A DNA stretch of 49,099 nucleotides. Origin: a virus (taxonomy: Duplodnaviria; Caudoviricetes). The DNA is taken from IMG/VR virus record IMGVR_UViG_3300012665_000623, positions 1-49,099 of that record. The stretch is one strand, 5' to 3'. The stretch's first letter is position 1; each line of letters starts with the position of its first letter. The notes under the pieces were generated by a model. That model did no database searches. It was not told where the DNA came from and was given only the letters and a program-made list of their open reading frames with translations. Position numbers and translations under genes: made by a program. Of the stretch, positions 47,002 to 49,099 are shown piece after piece.

Positions 47002-49071
47002 ATGCCATATACAATAAAAAAATCAAACGGAGAAACAATAGTAGTAATCCCAGATGGAGCAATTGATGAAGCATCAACTTCGCTAAATCTTGTTGGAAAA
47101 AATGTTTCAGGATATGGGTTTTATCAAAACGAAAACTTCTTATATCTATTAGAAAATTTTGCTAAAGAAACTCCGCCAGAAGAACCTATACTAGGCCAAA
47201 TATGGTACGACATTACAGCTAAACAATTAAAAGTTTATACCAAATATCAATCTGGTTTAAATGGATCAACTCCAGTTTATAGTTATTTTTGGAAAGGTGT
47301 GTCTAATAATACAGTTGGAGAAACACAGCCCCCACAAGCAGATGCTATATTAGGTGATTTATGGTACAATACTACCAGTAAACAATTGAATGTCTTTAAT
47401 GGCTCTATTTTTGAAATTATTGGTACTAGTGTTCCTGGTTATGGTAAGAGCAGACTAGAAGGCGCAACTATACAAGGAAATCCTGCTGGCGGCGGCCCAG
47501 CTGGCAATTTTCCTGTACTTAATTTATTTTTAGATAATACACTTGTCGCAATAATTTCTAAAGTTGGGTTTGTACCAACTACACCTATTGTTGGCCTACA
47601 TGACAATTCAAACCTACCAAACAATTCAGTCACTCCTGGCATTAATTTTATTGGCCCTGCATTATTAAATGGCCGTGCTGATCAAGCACATACGCTGATT
47701 GATCCTACAGAAGGACCATTAGGTTCTTCTAGCTTTGTTAGAACTGATGCGGGCGTTGAACAACACATTGACAGCGACTTACATACATCAGGTTGCGTTT
47801 TTGCTGGTAATTATAATAATAGCAATTCACAAATAATTGAAATTGGTAACTATCACGGTGATGATGGAAATGAACAAGCAGATGCGCAGATAACTGCGAG
47901 CGGACACAGACTATTTTTTAGTCTGAATACTGTTGACGGATCAAAAGACATACTAGTTATGGATGGAAATGTTGATGAACCTTCTCCAAGAATAAATTTA
48001 TCACCTGTTGGTCTTAGACAAGTTGATTTAGGAACAAGTGTTAACCCATTTAGAAATGTTCGAGCAACTAATTTTATCGGTGATTTATCTGCAACTGATA
48101 TCACAGCAAGTGGATCCATAGCAGGAAACGTAAATGCATCTAGCATTAGATTAGATAGTTTATTCACTAGAAATGGCGTTACTAAAATTATTGATGCCGC
48201 AGTTAGTCCTGCAAGATTTACTGGAAGATTTGTTGGTATACACGAAGGCGAATTTAATGGAACTTCTTTAACTTTATCAGGATCTGCTAATATTGCTGGT
48301 GCAGTTACGGCTGGGTCACTGACTATTACTGGTGGCGGGTCAGCTAGTGGAATGAACATTACTGGTGCAACTATTACAAGTAGCACAGTATCAAATTCAA
48401 TTGTAGATAATTCTACAATAGCCAATCCTACAATGACTGGCACACCAATTGCTCCCACAGCACCTATTGCAACAGATAATCAACAAGTAGCAACAACCGC
48501 ATTTGTACATAATATATTACCACAAGGTGTAATTGTCATGTGGAGTGGCAGTGCTAACAATATTCCTGCTGGATGGTTATTGTGTGATGGACAAACGATT
48601 AACAATGTTACTACACCAAATTTAACTAATAAATTTGTTTTAGGAGCTGGCGGAAGTGGGCCAACACCAAATACTTCAGGTGGAAGTTCTACATTTAATG
48701 GAACAACTAACGCAGATGGATCACACAGTCATGCTGGTGTAATTAGTGGCACTGCTTTAACTGTTGATCAAATTCCAGCCCATGGACACATATTTGATGA
48801 TATTAGATGGAGTGAAGTTAGTGGGGTGTATTCTTACAACGACCCACAACTAGGAGTGATATCTGTTGGTCCGGGAGCAGGATCAAGTAGAGGAACTGAT
48901 TACGATAACGGAGTACACTTTACTCAACACGGTACTTATAATACTGGTAGTGGACAAGCACACACTCATAATATAGTTATTGACAACGAGTCATCTCATG
49001 TTCATACAGTTACAATTAACAATGCAAAACCACCATACTATGCACTTTGCTATATTATGAAAGCGGTTTAA
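47002..49071 (+). CDS. Short-tail-fibre-like protein with collar domain and HxH tip motifs
   Basis: Same N-terminal module; PTMTGTPIAPT...QVATTAFV; PQGVIVMWSG...GWLLCDG...TPNL; HSH/HGH/HTH/HVH; PPYYALCYIMK. Confidence 0.85.
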   Translation: MPYTIKKSNGETIVVIPDGAIDEASTSLNLVGKNVSGYGFYQNENFLYLLENFAKETPPEEPILGQIWYDITAKQLKVYTKYQSGLNGSTPVYSYFWKGVSNNTVGETQPPQADAILGDLWYNTTSKQLNVFNGSIFEIIGTSVPGYGKSRLEGATIQGNPAGGGPAGNFPVLNLFLDNTLVAIISKVGFVPTTPIVGLHDNSNLPNNSVTPGINFIGPALLNGRADQAHTLIDPTEGPLGSSSFVRTDAGVEQHIDSDLHTSGCVFAGNYNNSNSQIIEIGNYHGDDGNEQADAQITASGHRLFFSLNTVDGSKDILVMDGNVDEPSPRINLSPVGLRQVDLGTSVNPFRNVRATNFIGDLSATDITASGSIAGNVNASSIRLDSLFTRNGVTKIIDAAVSPARFTGRFVGIHEGEFNGTSLTLSGSANIAGAVTAGSLTITGGGSASGMNITGATITSSTVSNSIVDNSTIANPTMTGTPIAPTAPIATDNQQVATTAFVHNILPQGVIVMWSGSANNIPAGWLLCDGQTINNVTTPNLTNKFVLGAGGSGPTPNTSGGSSTFNGTTNADGSHSHAGVISGTALTVDQIPAHGHIFDDIRWSEVSGVYSYNDPQLGVISVGPGAGSSRGTDYDNGVHFTQHGTYNTGSGQAHTHNIVIDNESSHVHTVTINNAKPPYYALCYIMKAV

Positions 49072-49074
49072 ATA
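49067..49074 (+). promoter_or_regulatory. Possible late promoter (TTTAAATA) overlapping the stop codon
   Basis: TAAATA built on the TAA stop, as at 1668-1675; the downstream gene is outside the window. Confidence 0.4.
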
Positions 49075-49099
49075 TAATCGAGATCAGGATTTAAAATAT

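Noticed and set aside
12092-48458. Many 60-200 aa minus-strand and alternate-frame ORFs inside the baseplate/fibre genes
   Set aside because: Fully nested in long well-supported genes; the Val/Pro/Ala-rich translations are the expected mirror of Thr/Gly/Ala codons.
1-49099. Stop-codon reassignment, inteins or introns in core genes
   Set aside because: Standard code gives dense, full-length genes including a 14.5-kb ORF; no intein motifs or split genes were seen in portal, gp46, gp47 or gp6.

Overview
A 49 kb AT-rich, gene-dense fragment of a large T4-related myophage (contractile tail); host not determinable. Left arm, minus strand: putative tape measure protein with a C-terminal M15-type Zn peptidase, portal (gp20), two prohead-core candidates and a truncated prohead protease (gp21). 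Next is a divergent gp26-like/gp51-like pair that may be joined by a -1 slippery site. A minus-strand early operon under a perfect sigma70 promoter encodes the late sigma factor gp55, gp47/gp46 (Mre11/Rad50), two Hc1 histone-H1-like proteins and a GIY-YIG nuclease. It runs into ~470 bp of non-coding DNA with many hairpins whose G-U pairs favour a minus-strand RNA. From 12 kb onward is a plus-strand late baseplate/fibre cluster: gp48/54-like, gp53, hub, gp5, gp25, gp6, a 4839-aa gp7-like giant, a collagen/beta-helix/S74 fibre and three paralogous fibre genes. TAAATA late promoters punctuate the structural genes. Best leads: the structured RNA/origin-like element behind the GIY-YIG gene, the frameshift site, the abutting early/late promoters, leaderless late transcripts and a repeat-flanked depolymerase cassette. 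All calls come from motif recognition by eye; no searches or folding programs were run.
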